32,000 nucleotides of DNA from Alkalilimnicola ehrlichii MLHE-1 (GTDB taxonomy: Bacteria; Pseudomonadota; Gammaproteobacteria; Nitrococcales; Halorhodospiraceae): assembly GCF_000014785.1 (NCBI RefSeq), contig NC_008340.1, positions 1,590,001 to 1,622,000 of the forward strand. Reading direction: 5' to 3'. This document shows, piece after piece, positions 1 through 10,033 of this stretch. The notes under the pieces were generated by a model. It was not told the DNA's origin. It worked only from the letters and a program-made list of their open reading frames with translations, and made no database searches. Numbering within the stretch: position 1 is the stretch's first letter; every line of letters starts with the position of its first letter. The translations under genes were made by a program, and so were the position numbers.

Positions 1-1
1 C

Positions 2-409
2 ATGGATGCCCCGGATCGCCTGTCCGCCATGGTGGTGCTGGACCTGCCGCTGTTCACCCGCAATCGCCAGGACCGGGATGTGGCCGCCAGCCGGCGCGAG
101 GTGTATGCCGCCAAGCACGACCGCGAGGTGCAGCACCGCACCCTTACTCAAGCCCTGGCCAGCCAGGCGGCCCGCTGGCAGCGCCTGCGGGAGCGAGAGC
201 GGCGCTTCGAGGAGCGGCTGCTGATCCACGCCGCCGACAATGTGGAGGCAGCGGAACAGGCCTACCGGGCGGGCACCCTGGCGTTCACCGCACTGATGCA
301 GGCCCGCATCACCTATCTGGAAACCCACCTGGATGCCGTTCAAGTGGCCACCGACCGCCGGATGGCCCAGGCGGAACTCCTCTATCTCTCAGGAGCGACC
401 CGGCGATGA
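2..409 (+). CDS. cusC: Outer-membrane efflux factor (TolC/CusC family), C-terminal fragment; the gene begins left of the window
   Basis: The ORF is open to the window edge. The helical Ala/Arg/Glu/Gln-rich C-terminus (…QARITYLETHLDAV…AQAELLYLSG) is typical of OMF proteins. Its TGA (407-409) overlaps the ATG (406-408) of the adaptor gene (ATGA coupling), and the gene order is cusC-B-A-F. Confidence 0.7.
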   Translation: MDAPDRLSAMVVLDLPLFTRNRQDRDVAASRREVYAAKHDREVQHRTLTQALASQAARWQRLRERERRFEERLLIHAADNVEAAEQAYRAGTLAFTALMQARITYLETHLDAVQVATDRRMAQAELLYLSGATRR

Positions 410-1914
410 AGTTTGTGAGCCTATTCATTGCGTTATTGATCGGTTTCGGCCTTGGCGCGGGCGCATTGTGGTTCCACCAGGGGGGCACCGCGGGGCAGGG
501 AGGCGGCAGCAGCGAACGGGAGGTCCTTTACTACCAGCATCCGCACAACCCCACGATCCGCTCGGACGAGCCGCGCAAGGATGAGATGGGCATGGACTAC
601 ATCCCCATCTACGCCGGTGACGAGGGCCGGGACGATGACCCGGACGTGCTGAGAATCAGCCCGGTGGTCGTCCAGAACATGGGGGTGCGCACGGCCGAAG
701 TGGAGCGCGGTGCGCTCCACCGGCAAATCAGCACCGTGGGCTTCGTCGAGGTAGACGAGGCGGCACAATCCCATGTCCACCTGCGCACCGAAGGCTGGAT
801 TGAGGACCTGCGCGTACGCACCACCGGCGAGCGGGTGACCGCCGGTGAGGTGCTTTTCCGGCTCTATTCGCCGGCGCTGGTCAGCGCCCAGGATGAGTTG
901 CTGCAGACCCTGCGTCGCAACGGTAACGCCGGTCCGGCCCGGGAGCGGCTGCGGGCGCTGGGTATGCCCGCCGATGCGATCCGTCAGGTCGAACAGCAGG
1001 GCCGGGCCCTGAACCTGGTGCCCGTGAAGGCGCCCCAGGACGGCGTCGTCCAGGCACTCAATGTGGCCGAGGGGATGTTCGTGCAGCCGGGCACCGAGGT
1101 GATGAGCATCGCCGATCTGTCGCGCATCTGGGTCATCGCCGATCTGTTCGAGCACCAATCGGACGCGGTGCGCGAGGGCCTGGATGCCGAGGTCCACTTC
1201 CCTTTCCGGCCCGGCGAGACGTTGGTCGGCAGCGTGGGCTACATCTACCCGACCCTGGCCTCACCGACCCGTACCATCCGGGCCCGGATCACCCTGGATA
1301 ACCCGGACGGGCGACTCAAGCCTGGCATGTGGACCGATGTGCATATCGACGGCGAATCCACCGAACCGGTGTTGCATGTGCCCGCGGAGGCCGTGATCCG
1401 CACAGGCCGTCAGGACCGCGTGGTGACGATGGAGGAGGAAGGCCGCTTCCGCGTGCACGAGGTGCGGGTAGGGCGGCGCGCCGGCGACCGGTTGGAGATC
1501 CTCGAGGGGCTGCAGGTCGGGGCGCGCATCGTCACCTCCGGCCAGTTCCTGATCGACTCCGAGTCCTCGGTGACGGTCAGCCTGGCGCGCCTGCAGGCCG
1601 CGGCGGAAGCCGATGATGGCAGCGTCGCCGCCGAGGGCCGCATCAACCACGTGGATCCGGAGGCCCGCCAGGTCAATCTGGACCATGAGCCGATCGCGGA
1701 ACTGGGTTGGCCGGCGATGACCATGGATTTCGAGGTGGCCGAGGACGTGGCGCTGACGGATCTTGAGCCCGGTGATCCGGTGATCATCCACATCCGCGAG
1801 CGTGAGGACGAAGAGTATGTCTACGAGCTGACCCACATCGAGCGGCTGGCCGATCCGACCGGCGAGACCGATGACGCCCCCGATCACGACGCCCACACGG
1901 GCCATGACCACTGA
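406..1914 (+). CDS. cusB: Heavy-metal RND periplasmic adaptor (CusB family, 502 aa) with a fused C-terminal CusF-like metal-binding domain and a His-rich tail
   Basis: It has an N-terminal TM/signal segment and the CusB-type motif YYQHPHNPTIRSDEPRKDEMGMDYIPIY (compare E. coli YWYDPM…KPGKSPFMDMDLVPKY). Barrel-sandwich/lipoyl-like core motifs are present. About 105 extra C-terminal residues contain DHEPIAELGWPAMTMDF (CusF H-x7-W-x2-M-x-M spacing) followed by DHDAHTGHDH. Confidence 0.9.
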   Translation: MKFVSLFIALLIGFGLGAGALWFHQGGTAGQGGGSSEREVLYYQHPHNPTIRSDEPRKDEMGMDYIPIYAGDEGRDDDPDVLRISPVVVQNMGVRTAEVERGALHRQISTVGFVEVDEAAQSHVHLRTEGWIEDLRVRTTGERVTAGEVLFRLYSPALVSAQDELLQTLRRNGNAGPARERLRALGMPADAIRQVEQQGRALNLVPVKAPQDGVVQALNVAEGMFVQPGTEVMSIADLSRIWVIADLFEHQSDAVREGLDAEVHFPFRPGETLVGSVGYIYPTLASPTRTIRARITLDNPDGRLKPGMWTDVHIDGESTEPVLHVPAEAVIRTGRQDRVVTMEEEGRFRVHEVRVGRRAGDRLEILEGLQVGARIVTSGQFLIDSESSVTVSLARLQAAAEADDGSVAAEGRINHVDPEARQVNLDHEPIAELGWPAMTMDFEVAEDVALTDLEPGDPVIIHIREREDEEYVYELTHIERLADPTGETDDAPDHDAHTGHDH

Positions 1915-1925
1915 GGAGGGCCGGC

Positions 1926-4900
1926 ATGATTGAACGGATCATTCAGTGGTCGCTGGACAACCGCCTGCTGGTGCTGCTGCTCACCGGCGTCTTCGTGGCC
2001 TGGGGGGTGTTCTCCGCCCGACAAACGCCGTTGGACGCCATTCCCGATTTGTCGGATGTGCAGGTGATCGTACACACCGAGTATGCCGGGCAGGCGCCCC
2101 AGGTGGTGGAGGACCAAGTCACCTATCCGCTCTCCACCGCCATGCTGGCCGTGCCGGGGGCGCGGGACGTGCGCGGGTTCTCCATGTTCGGCGACTCCTA
2201 CGTCTATGTCCTGTTCGAGGATGGCACCGATCCCTACTGGGCGCGCTCACGGGTGCTGGAGTACCTCAGCCAGGTGGCGCCCGACCTGCCCGACGAGGCC
2301 CGTCCGGCGCTGGGGCCGGACGCCACGGGGGTGGGTTGGGTGTACCAATATGCCCTGGTCGACCGCACTGGGACGCATGATCTGGCCCAATTGCGCTCCC
2401 TTCAGGACTGGTTTCTGAAGTTCGAGCTCCAGTCTGTCACCGGTGTCTCCGAGGTGGCCACCCTGGGCGGCATGGTCAACCAGTACCAGGTGGTGCTGGA
2501 CCCTAACCGGGCGCGCGCCTATGGCCTGACTCTGGGCCAAATCCGACAGGCCATTCAGGACGGCAACCGCGAGGCGGGCGGTTCAGTGGTGGAGATGGCC
2601 GAGGCCGAGTACATGGTGCGCTCCCGCGGCTACCTCACCGGCTTGAACGACCTGGGACACATCCCCGTGGGGGCCAGCGAAGAGGGCACCCCGGTGCTAC
2701 TGGAGGACGTGGCGGAGATCCGCAACGGCCCCGAGGCCCGGCGCGGGCTGGCCGAGCTGGACGGCGAGGGCGAGGTGGTTGGCGCCCTGGTGGTCATGCG
2801 CCACGGTGAGAATGCCCTGGCCACAATCGAGCGGGTCAAGGAGCGGGTGGACGAACTCAGGGGCAGCCTGCCCGAGGGTGTGGAGATCGTGGAAACCTAC
2901 GACCGCTCCACGCTCATCGAGGCGTCGGTGCAGAACCTCTCCGTGAAGCTGGTCCAGGAGTTCCTGATCATCGCGGCGGTCTCCCTGGTGTTCCTGCTGC
3001 ACCTGCGCTCGGCGCTGGTGGCCATTGTCAGTCTGCCCATCGGCATCCTGGCTGCACTGCTGATCATGCAGCAGCAGGGGATCAACGCCAACATCATGTC
3101 CCTGGGCGGTATCGCCGTCACCATCGGGGCCATGGTGGACGCGGCCATCGTCATGGTGGAGAACCTGCACAAACGGCTGGAGCGGGCACCGCCCAATGCC
3201 GACCGCTGGGAGACGGTAGCCCTGGCCGCCAAGGAGACCGGCCGGCCGCTCTTCTTTGCACTGCTGATCATCACCGTGAGCTTCCTGCCGCTCTTTGCGC
3301 TGGAGGGGCAGGAGGGGCGGATGTTCAAGCCTCTGGCCTTTACTGGCACCTACGCCATGGCGGCTGCCGCCGGTCTGGGCATCACCTTGGTGCCGGTGCT
3401 GATGGGCTACCTGGTGCGCGGACGGATCCGACCGGAGGCCCGCCATCCGATCAGCCGCCTGCTGATTGCCGGCTACCGGCCGGTGTTACGGGGGCTGCTG
3501 CGCTATCCCTGGGCGACCGTGGGGGGCGCGGTGCTGGTGGCCGCCACCATGGTCATTCCGGCCTCCAAGCTGGGCACTGAGTTCATGCCCGAACTGGACG
3601 AGGGCGATCTGATGTACATGCCCTCACTGGAGCCCGGGGCCTCCATCGACAAGGTGCGGGCGTTCCTGCAGCAGACCGACCGGCTGATCGCCTCGGTGCC
3701 GGAGGTGGAGCAAGTGTTCGGCAAGGCCGGCCGTGCCGATACCGCCACCGATCCGGCGCCCCTGGGGATGCTGGAGACCGTCATTCGCTTCAAGCCGCAG
3801 GAGGAGTGGCGCGAGGGGATGACCAAGCAGGACATTATCCGCGAACTGGACCAGGCGGTGCAGTTCCCGGGCGTGGCCAACGTCTGGGTGCCGCCCATCA
3901 AGACCCGCATCGACATGCTGGCCACCGGCATCCGCTCCCCTGTGGGGGTCAAGATTGCCGGGCCCGATTTGGGCGAGATCGAACGCATCGGCCAGCAGGT
4001 GGAAGCGGCACTGGAGCACGTCCCGGGTACGGCATCGGCCTACGCCGATCGGACCGCCACCGGTCGTTACGTGGAGGTGGACATCCACCGCGCGCGCGCG
4101 GCGCGCCACGGGGTCAGCGTGACGGAACTCCAAACGGTCATCCAGGCGGCAGTGGGCGGCATGAAGGTCACTGACACCGTCGAAGGGCTGGAACGCTATC
4201 CGGTGAACCTGCGCTATCCCCAGGACTGGCGCGATTCCCTGGAGCGACTGCGCGAACTGCCGGTGGTCACTCCCAACGGCGCCCATCTTCCGCTGGAATC
4301 GCTGGCGTCGGTGGAGATAGTCGACGGGCCGGCCATGATCCGCACGGAAAACGCGCGCCTCAACGGCTGGGTGGTGGTGGACATCCGCGGCCGGGATCTC
4401 GGCTCCTATGTGGCGGATGCCCGCCAGGCGGTGGCCGAGCAGGTGGACCTGCCGCCGGGTTACTCCATCCACTGGTCGGGCCAGTATGAGCATATGGAGC
4501 GGGCAAAGGAGCGGCTTGCCTACGTGGTGCCGGTCACCGTGGTGCTGATCTTCATGCTGCTTTACCTCTGTTTCCGTAGCGGTCCCGAGGCCCTGATGCT
4601 CATGGGGGCGCTGCCCTTCGCCGCCGTGGGTGGGGTGTGGCTGCTCTACGGGTTGGGCTATGAGGTGTCCGTGGCGGTGGCGGCAGGCTTCATCCTGCTC
4701 ATCGGGCTGGCCACGGAGTTTGCGGTGGTGATGCTGATGTACGTGCGCAACGCTGTGCACCAACACCGGCCACGGGACCGCCGCGAGCTCAAGGAGGCGA
4801 TTATCGAGGGCGCGGTCATGCGCGTCCGGCCCAAGGCGATGACCTCGTTGACCGTGGTGCTGGGACTCTCCCCGTTGCTGATGGACAGCGGCCCCGGCTC

Positions 4901-5045
4901 CGAGGCGATGCAACGCATCGCCGCTCCCATGATCGGCGGGATGATCACCGCCCCGCTGGTCTCACTGCTGCTGATCCCGGTGCTCTACTGGCTCTGGCAG
5001 CGTCACCGGCTTCCTGAGACCCATCAGGAGGGGGCGGGCGCTTGA
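1926..5045 (+). CDS. cusA: CusA-type heavy-metal (Cu+/Ag+) RND inner-membrane pump, 1039 aa
   Basis: The N-terminus MIERIIQWSLDNR…TPLDAIPDLSDVQVIVHTEYAGQAPQVVEDQVTYPL…GFSMFGDSYVYVLFEDGTDPYWARSRVLEYL is close to identical to my recollection of the E. coli CusA N-terminus. It has the size of a 12-TM RND pump and a GAGGAG RBS 6 nt upstream of the ATG. Confidence 0.97.
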   Translation: MIERIIQWSLDNRLLVLLLTGVFVAWGVFSARQTPLDAIPDLSDVQVIVHTEYAGQAPQVVEDQVTYPLSTAMLAVPGARDVRGFSMFGDSYVYVLFEDGTDPYWARSRVLEYLSQVAPDLPDEARPALGPDATGVGWVYQYALVDRTGTHDLAQLRSLQDWFLKFELQSVTGVSEVATLGGMVNQYQVVLDPNRARAYGLTLGQIRQAIQDGNREAGGSVVEMAEAEYMVRSRGYLTGLNDLGHIPVGASEEGTPVLLEDVAEIRNGPEARRGLAELDGEGEVVGALVVMRHGENALATIERVKERVDELRGSLPEGVEIVETYDRSTLIEASVQNLSVKLVQEFLIIAAVSLVFLLHLRSALVAIVSLPIGILAALLIMQQQGINANIMSLGGIAVTIGAMVDAAIVMVENLHKRLERAPPNADRWETVALAAKETGRPLFFALLIITVSFLPLFALEGQEGRMFKPLAFTGTYAMAAAAGLGITLVPVLMGYLVRGRIRPEARHPISRLLIAGYRPVLRGLLRYPWATVGGAVLVAATMVIPASKLGTEFMPELDEGDLMYMPSLEPGASIDKVRAFLQQTDRLIASVPEVEQVFGKAGRADTATDPAPLGMLETVIRFKPQEEWREGMTKQDIIRELDQAVQFPGVANVWVPPIKTRIDMLATGIRSPVGVKIAGPDLGEIERIGQQVEAALEHVPGTASAYADRTATGRYVEVDIHRARAARHGVSVTELQTVIQAAVGGMKVTDTVEGLERYPVNLRYPQDWRDSLERLRELPVVTPNGAHLPLESLASVEIVDGPAMIRTENARLNGWVVVDIRGRDLGSYVADARQAVAEQVDLPPGYSIHWSGQYEHMERAKERLAYVVPVTVVLIFMLLYLCFRSGPEALMLMGALPFAAVGGVWLLYGLGYEVSVAVAAGFILLIGLATEFAVVMLMYVRNAVHQHRPRDRRELKEAIIEGAVMRVRPKAMTSLTVVLGLSPLLMDSGPGSEAMQRIAAPMIGGMITAPLVSLLLIPVLYWLWQRHRLPETHQEGAGA

Positions 5046-5090
5046 GCGCGCACCCAGCACTTCCTTTGAATCCATTGAGGAAAGACTGAA

Positions 5091-5423
5091 ATGAACCTGA
5101 AGACCAATACTTACGTACTTTTCCTGACATTCGGCCTCATGCTGGCGGCCGTGCCGGCACTGGCGCATGACAGCCATCATGGCAGCAGCGCCGTGACCGC
5201 TGAAGGCCAGGGAGTGCTGCAGGCGATCAACACCGAGGCCCGCACTGTGACGCTGAGCCACGAGCCGATCCCCGAGCTACGCTGGCCGGCCATGGAAATG
5301 GACCTGCCCCTGCGGGAAGCGGAAATGGCGAGCGGCTTCCATGCTGGCGATGCCGTGCGTTTCACCCTGGAGCAGGTGGGGGAGACCGACTACGAAATCA
5401 TCGAACTGCAGCCGCTGGACTGA
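5091..5423 (+). CDS. cusF: Periplasmic Cu(I)/Ag(I) chaperone CusF, 110 aa
   Basis: It has a signal peptide (…LMLAAVPALA/HD). The motif SHEPIPELRWPAMEMDL keeps the CusF His/Trp/Met/Met ligand spacing. It lies immediately after cusA, with a GAGGA RBS. Confidence 0.85.
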   Translation: MNLKTNTYVLFLTFGLMLAAVPALAHDSHHGSSAVTAEGQGVLQAINTEARTVTLSHEPIPELRWPAMEMDLPLREAEMASGFHAGDAVRFTLEQVGETDYEIIELQPLD

Positions 5424-5441
5424 GTGAGCGGTTCTCTCGAT

Positions 5442-5474
5442 GTCGCCCTGGCCAGCACCCACGGCCAGGGCGAC
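5442..5474. terminator. Bidirectional stem-loop terminator candidate between convergent cusF and the PagL-like gene
   Basis: Perfect 12-bp stem GTCGCCCTGGCC (5442-5453) / GGCCAGGGCGAC (5463-5474) with a 9-nt loop, followed by CTTTCC. It sits in the 75-bp gap between two convergent stop codons. Confidence 0.55.
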
Positions 5475-5498
5475 CTTTCCGCTGTTGGGACCTCGTCT

Positions 5499-6107
5499 TT
5501 AGGGCCCAGGGAAGCGGTAACGGATGCCCAGGCCGACAAAGTTGGAGCCGCCCCGCACGCCCGAGTGCACCCCGAAAACCCCGGAGCGGTGGTGGATGCG
5601 CAGGAACCCGCTCCAGTGTTGCGCCCCCGGTGCTGTGACCTCCATCTCCGCCATCAGGTAGGTGAGCAGCCGCATGGAATCACGGTCTTCCCTCGAGGCT
5701 CGGGGCTCGAGGGGCGGGCGCTCGGTGGCATAGGACAGCCCGTGGCCGCCGGCAATACGGGTATCCACCCACCGGTCCCAGGGAAAGCGCTGCCAGCGCG
5801 CGACCCAGAGGGCATTGAACTCATAGTGGCGCTGCTCACCCCAATGACGGACCAACTGGCCCTCCAGCTCCCAGGCAAACCCCAGCCACTCCCCCAGGGG
5901 ATGGCCGTAGGTCACGGCGGCGAGGTGGGCATCACTGTTCAGCTCGGGTGGGGGCTCGCTGATGATATCCACCAACCGCTCGGGGGAATAACGGGCGACA
6001 TAAGCACTGATTTGCGGTGTCTCAGCCAGGGCTGCAGACGGGCTCAGGCACACAGCCAGGACCAAGATGGCCAACCGGCGGAATATTGGGGGGGCAGGGG
6101 ATAACAT
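5499..6107 (-). CDS. Secreted outer-membrane beta-barrel-like protein, probably of the PagL / acyloxyacyl-hydrolase (lipid A 3-O-deacylase) family, 202 aa
   Basis: It has a signal peptide (…LSPSAALA/ET). Alternating aromatic/hydrophobic strands end in …GLGIRYRF-PGP. The motif LRIHHRSGVFG resembles the PagL catalytic RAIHYSNAG (His-x-Ser). The family assignment is from memory of motifs only. The overlapping + strand ORF 5424..6104 looks like noise. Confidence 0.5.
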   Translation of the reverse strand: MLSPAPPIFRRLAILVLAVCLSPSAALAETPQISAYVARYSPERLVDIISEPPPELNSDAHLAAVTYGHPLGEWLGFAWELEGQLVRHWGEQRHYEFNALWVARWQRFPWDRWVDTRIAGGHGLSYATERPPLEPRASREDRDSMRLLTYLMAEMEVTAPGAQHWSGFLRIHHRSGVFGVHSGVRGGSNFVGLGIRYRFPGP

Positions 6108-6185
6108 GCCGTGTGAGTTCGCCGCAGTGGGTTTCCCGTAATATAGAAGACGGCAGTGGCGCTAGGTCTGCCCCAGCCAGATCTG

Positions 6186-6191
6186 TATAAT
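6186..6191 (+). promoter_or_regulatory. Candidate -10 hexamer for prfC
   Basis: Perfect TATAAT sits 38 bp upstream of the prfC ATG. No good -35 hexamer is present (TAGGTC at 17-bp spacing). Confidence 0.25.
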
Positions 6192-6228
6192 TGCGCGCCC
6201 AGCCTCACCGTTGAGTTACTCCGATCGC

Positions 6229-7800
<1,572 letters not shown>

Positions 7801-7803
<3 letters not shown>

Positions 7804-7820
7804 GGCCCGCAGCGGCCTCA
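7801..7820. terminator. Short hairpin shared by the convergent prfC and traB-family stop codons
   Basis: TGAGGCC (7801-7807) / GGCCTCA (7814-7820) form a perfect 7-bp stem with a 6-nt loop. Both stop codons lie inside the stem arms, and there is no U-tract. Confidence 0.3.
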
Positions 7821-9011
7821 GGCGCCGATCAGGCGCTCAAAGATACGGAAGCCGGCCAGGTAGGTCCCCACCGCGGAACCCAGCGAGGCGAACAGGAAGA
7901 CCAGCAGGGTGCGGGAGACCCGGTTGGTCCACCAGCCGCGCCAGCGGGTCACCGACTGACGCAGGCTGCGGAAATCGCCCACCCGGGGCCGCCGCATGGC
8001 GATCTCGATGGCCGCGGCGACGAAGCCCGCCCCCACCGTCGGGTTCAGTGAGGTCAGCGGTGCGGCGAAGAAGGCCCCCACCACGGTCACCGGATGGCCG
8101 CCGGCGACCAGGGCACCGGCCGCTGACAATCCCCCATTGATCAACACCCAGTCCAGCACCAGCCGCAGCCCCAGCTCCGGGCTGCGGGAGAAGCCGATGG
8201 CGAAGCCGGAGAGCACCAGCAGGATCACCAGCCAAGCGATCCGCTTGGGCCAGGGGCTGGGCGGGGGCATCTTCGAGAGTTCCGCCTGCTCCGCCGCTGG
8301 ATCGGGCACCGGCTCTGCCAAGGCCTCGGCCAACCCCTTGAGGTGGCCCGCGCCAATGACCACCAGGACATTCCCATAGTCGTGGCCAGCGGTCTCCTGC
8401 AGCAGGCGGCTGGCCATGTAACGGTCGCGCTCGGCGATCAGCGGTTGGTAGAGGCGGGTGGAACTCTGAGCGAACTCCGCGAAGGTGGACTCGAGGATAT
8501 CGCCCTGTTTGAGCCGTTCGATATCCTCCTCGGTCACCTTCTCACGGGAGAACAGGCCGGCAAACAGCCCGGAGATCAGGGTGAAACGTTGCCACCAGGG
8601 GATGTTGCGGTAGAGCCGCTTCATGGTCACGCCGATGTCCCGGTCCACCAGCATCAGGGGTTTTTCGGCGGCCTTGGCCTCCTTGGCGGCGGTCTTCATC
8701 TCAGCACCGGGCTCGATGCCGAACTGCTCGGCCAGCCGCTGCTGGTAGGCCCCCAGGGCAAGGCTCGCTGCCACCATCCCGCCGCGGCCGTCGCGCAGCA
8801 CCTTGAACAGGTCCATTTGCTCCAAGGCCTGCGGATTGGTCAGGCTGAGGTAGCGACTGTCGCACAACTCCACCGCCACGGCGTCAAAATCGCCGCTGCG
8901 GATCAAGGTGCGGACCTCATCCGCGCTGGCGCGGGAGACATGGGCGGTGCCGAGCAGGGTGAATGTGGTGCCACCGACGGTTACGGTGCGCCTGGGGCCT
9001 TGAGTGGTCAT
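7818..9011 (-). CDS. TraB/GumN-family protein (N-terminal TraB domain plus C-terminal multi-TM region)
   Basis: TFTLLGTAHVSRASADEVRTLIRSGDFDAVAVELC is the signature TraB-family N-terminus, followed by …VVIGAGHLKGL and a hydrophobic C-terminal half. The ORF track start (9065) is a TTG. The ATG at 9011 has a GGAG 6 nt upstream and is preferred. Confidence 0.88.
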   Translation of the reverse strand: MTTQGPRRTVTVGGTTFTLLGTAHVSRASADEVRTLIRSGDFDAVAVELCDSRYLSLTNPQALEQMDLFKVLRDGRGGMVAASLALGAYQQRLAEQFGIEPGAEMKTAAKEAKAAEKPLMLVDRDIGVTMKRLYRNIPWWQRFTLISGLFAGLFSREKVTEEDIERLKQGDILESTFAEFAQSSTRLYQPLIAERDRYMASRLLQETAGHDYGNVLVVIGAGHLKGLAEALAEPVPDPAAEQAELSKMPPPSPWPKRIAWLVILLVLSGFAIGFSRSPELGLRLVLDWVLINGGLSAAGALVAGGHPVTVVGAFFAAPLTSLNPTVGAGFVAAAIEIAMRRPRVGDFRSLRQSVTRWRGWWTNRVSRTLLVFLFASLGSAVGTYLAGFRIFERLIGA

Positions 9012-9150
9012 CGATGCTCCGGTTGCGGGCGCGGACGCCGGATTATCCCGCAACTGGGCGGTCAACCCAAGCCCTGGCGCTGGCCATGGGTTAAGATGAC
9101 ATCATGGCATTGAATACACCGGCACGCCCCGGCGCCCGGAGGTGAACGGC

Positions 9151-9927
9151 ATGTTCCGGCTGGACAGGCTCTGGCGCGGCAGCCGCCCCGGGGAGCCCCT
9201 GAATAACCTGCACTGGCACGAGGCCATGGCCCGGTGTTGGCCATTGCCGGCGCTGAGTGCCGATGAACGCCCGCAGCTGGAGGCCCTGGCCCGCGAATTT
9301 CTGGCCTCCCGTGCCTGGGAGGGCGTCGGTGGCCTGGACCCGGACGAGCGGCTGCGACTGGCGGTCACGGTACAGGCCTGCCTGCCAGTGCTTTCCCTGG
9401 GGCTGGACTGGTACAGCGATTGGGTGACCGTGCTGCTCTACCCCTCCGGTTTCGTCGCCCGGCACGTATGGGAGGATGAGTTCGGAGTGGTCCACGAGGA
9501 GGAGGGGCCGCTGGTGGGTGAAGCCTGGGAGCGCGGTCCGCTGGTGCTCTCGGCCGAGGACGTGCTCACGCCCGAGCCTGGGTTCAGTGTCGTGGTCCAC
9601 GAGTGTGCCCATAAGCTGGACATGCGCAACGGTGACGCCAATGGCCAGCCGCCGCTGCACGCGGAGATGAGCCCCGCGCGCTGGAAGGCCGCCTTCAGCG
9701 CCGCCTGGGATCGATTTGCCGAAGGGGTCGAGGCACAGGCCGACTGGCTGCCCTTTGATGCCTACGCCGCGGAAAACCCCGGGGAATTCTTCGCGGTCGC
9801 CAGCGAGGCCTTCTTCACCGATCCGGCACCGGTGCAGCAGGTCTTCCCGGAGGTCTATCAGCAGATGGTGGCCTTTTACCGGCAGGATCCGTTGGCCCGA
9901 CTGACGCGGGCCGGTCTGCTGCCCTGA
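9151..9927 (+). CDS. mtfA: MtfA (Mlc titration factor A), M90 zinc metallopeptidase family
   Basis: Collinear similarity to my recollection of E. coli MtfA: CLPVLSLGLDWYSDW…LLYPSGF, VVHECAHKLDMRNGDANG (HExxH), AYAAENPGEFFAVASEAFF and FYRQDPLARL. A GGAGG lies 8 nt upstream of the ATG at 9151; the track start 9142 is a GTG. Confidence 0.9.
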   Translation: MFRLDRLWRGSRPGEPLNNLHWHEAMARCWPLPALSADERPQLEALAREFLASRAWEGVGGLDPDERLRLAVTVQACLPVLSLGLDWYSDWVTVLLYPSGFVARHVWEDEFGVVHEEEGPLVGEAWERGPLVLSAEDVLTPEPGFSVVVHECAHKLDMRNGDANGQPPLHAEMSPARWKAAFSAAWDRFAEGVEAQADWLPFDAYAAENPGEFFAVASEAFFTDPAPVQQVFPEVYQQMVAFYRQDPLARLTRAGLLP

Positions 9928-9969
9928 GGGTGGGGGCCAGGGAACGCGCGTCCAACTGCGGCCCAGACG

Positions 9970-10012
9970 GCACTGGGCCCGGGCCGGCGTTATGCCGTTC
10001 CGGGCCCAGTGC
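9970..10012. terminator. Strong stem-loop between convergent mtfA and prpE (bidirectional terminator or REP-like hairpin)
   Basis: Perfect 13-bp stem GCACTGGGCCCGG (9970-9982) / CCGGGCCCAGTGC (10000-10012) with a 17-nt loop. There is no U-tract on either side. Confidence 0.45.
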
Positions 10013-10033
10013 AGTCGTCATCAACCCACCGCG

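Noticed and set aside
3624-4913. A 429-aa ORF antisense to cusA, plus similar antisense ORFs at 433..1197, 1261..1911 and 2697..3446.
   Set aside because: These are typical stop-poor antisense frames of GC-rich genes. They are rich in Arg, Gly, His and Pro, have no recognisable motifs, and are fully nested in clearly homologous genes.
5424-6104. A 226-aa + strand ORF overlapping the PagL-like gene.
   Set aside because: It has no signal peptide, domain or motif, and it starts inside the cusF terminator hairpin. The minus-strand frame has a signal peptide, an OMP-like C-terminus and a His-x-Ser motif.
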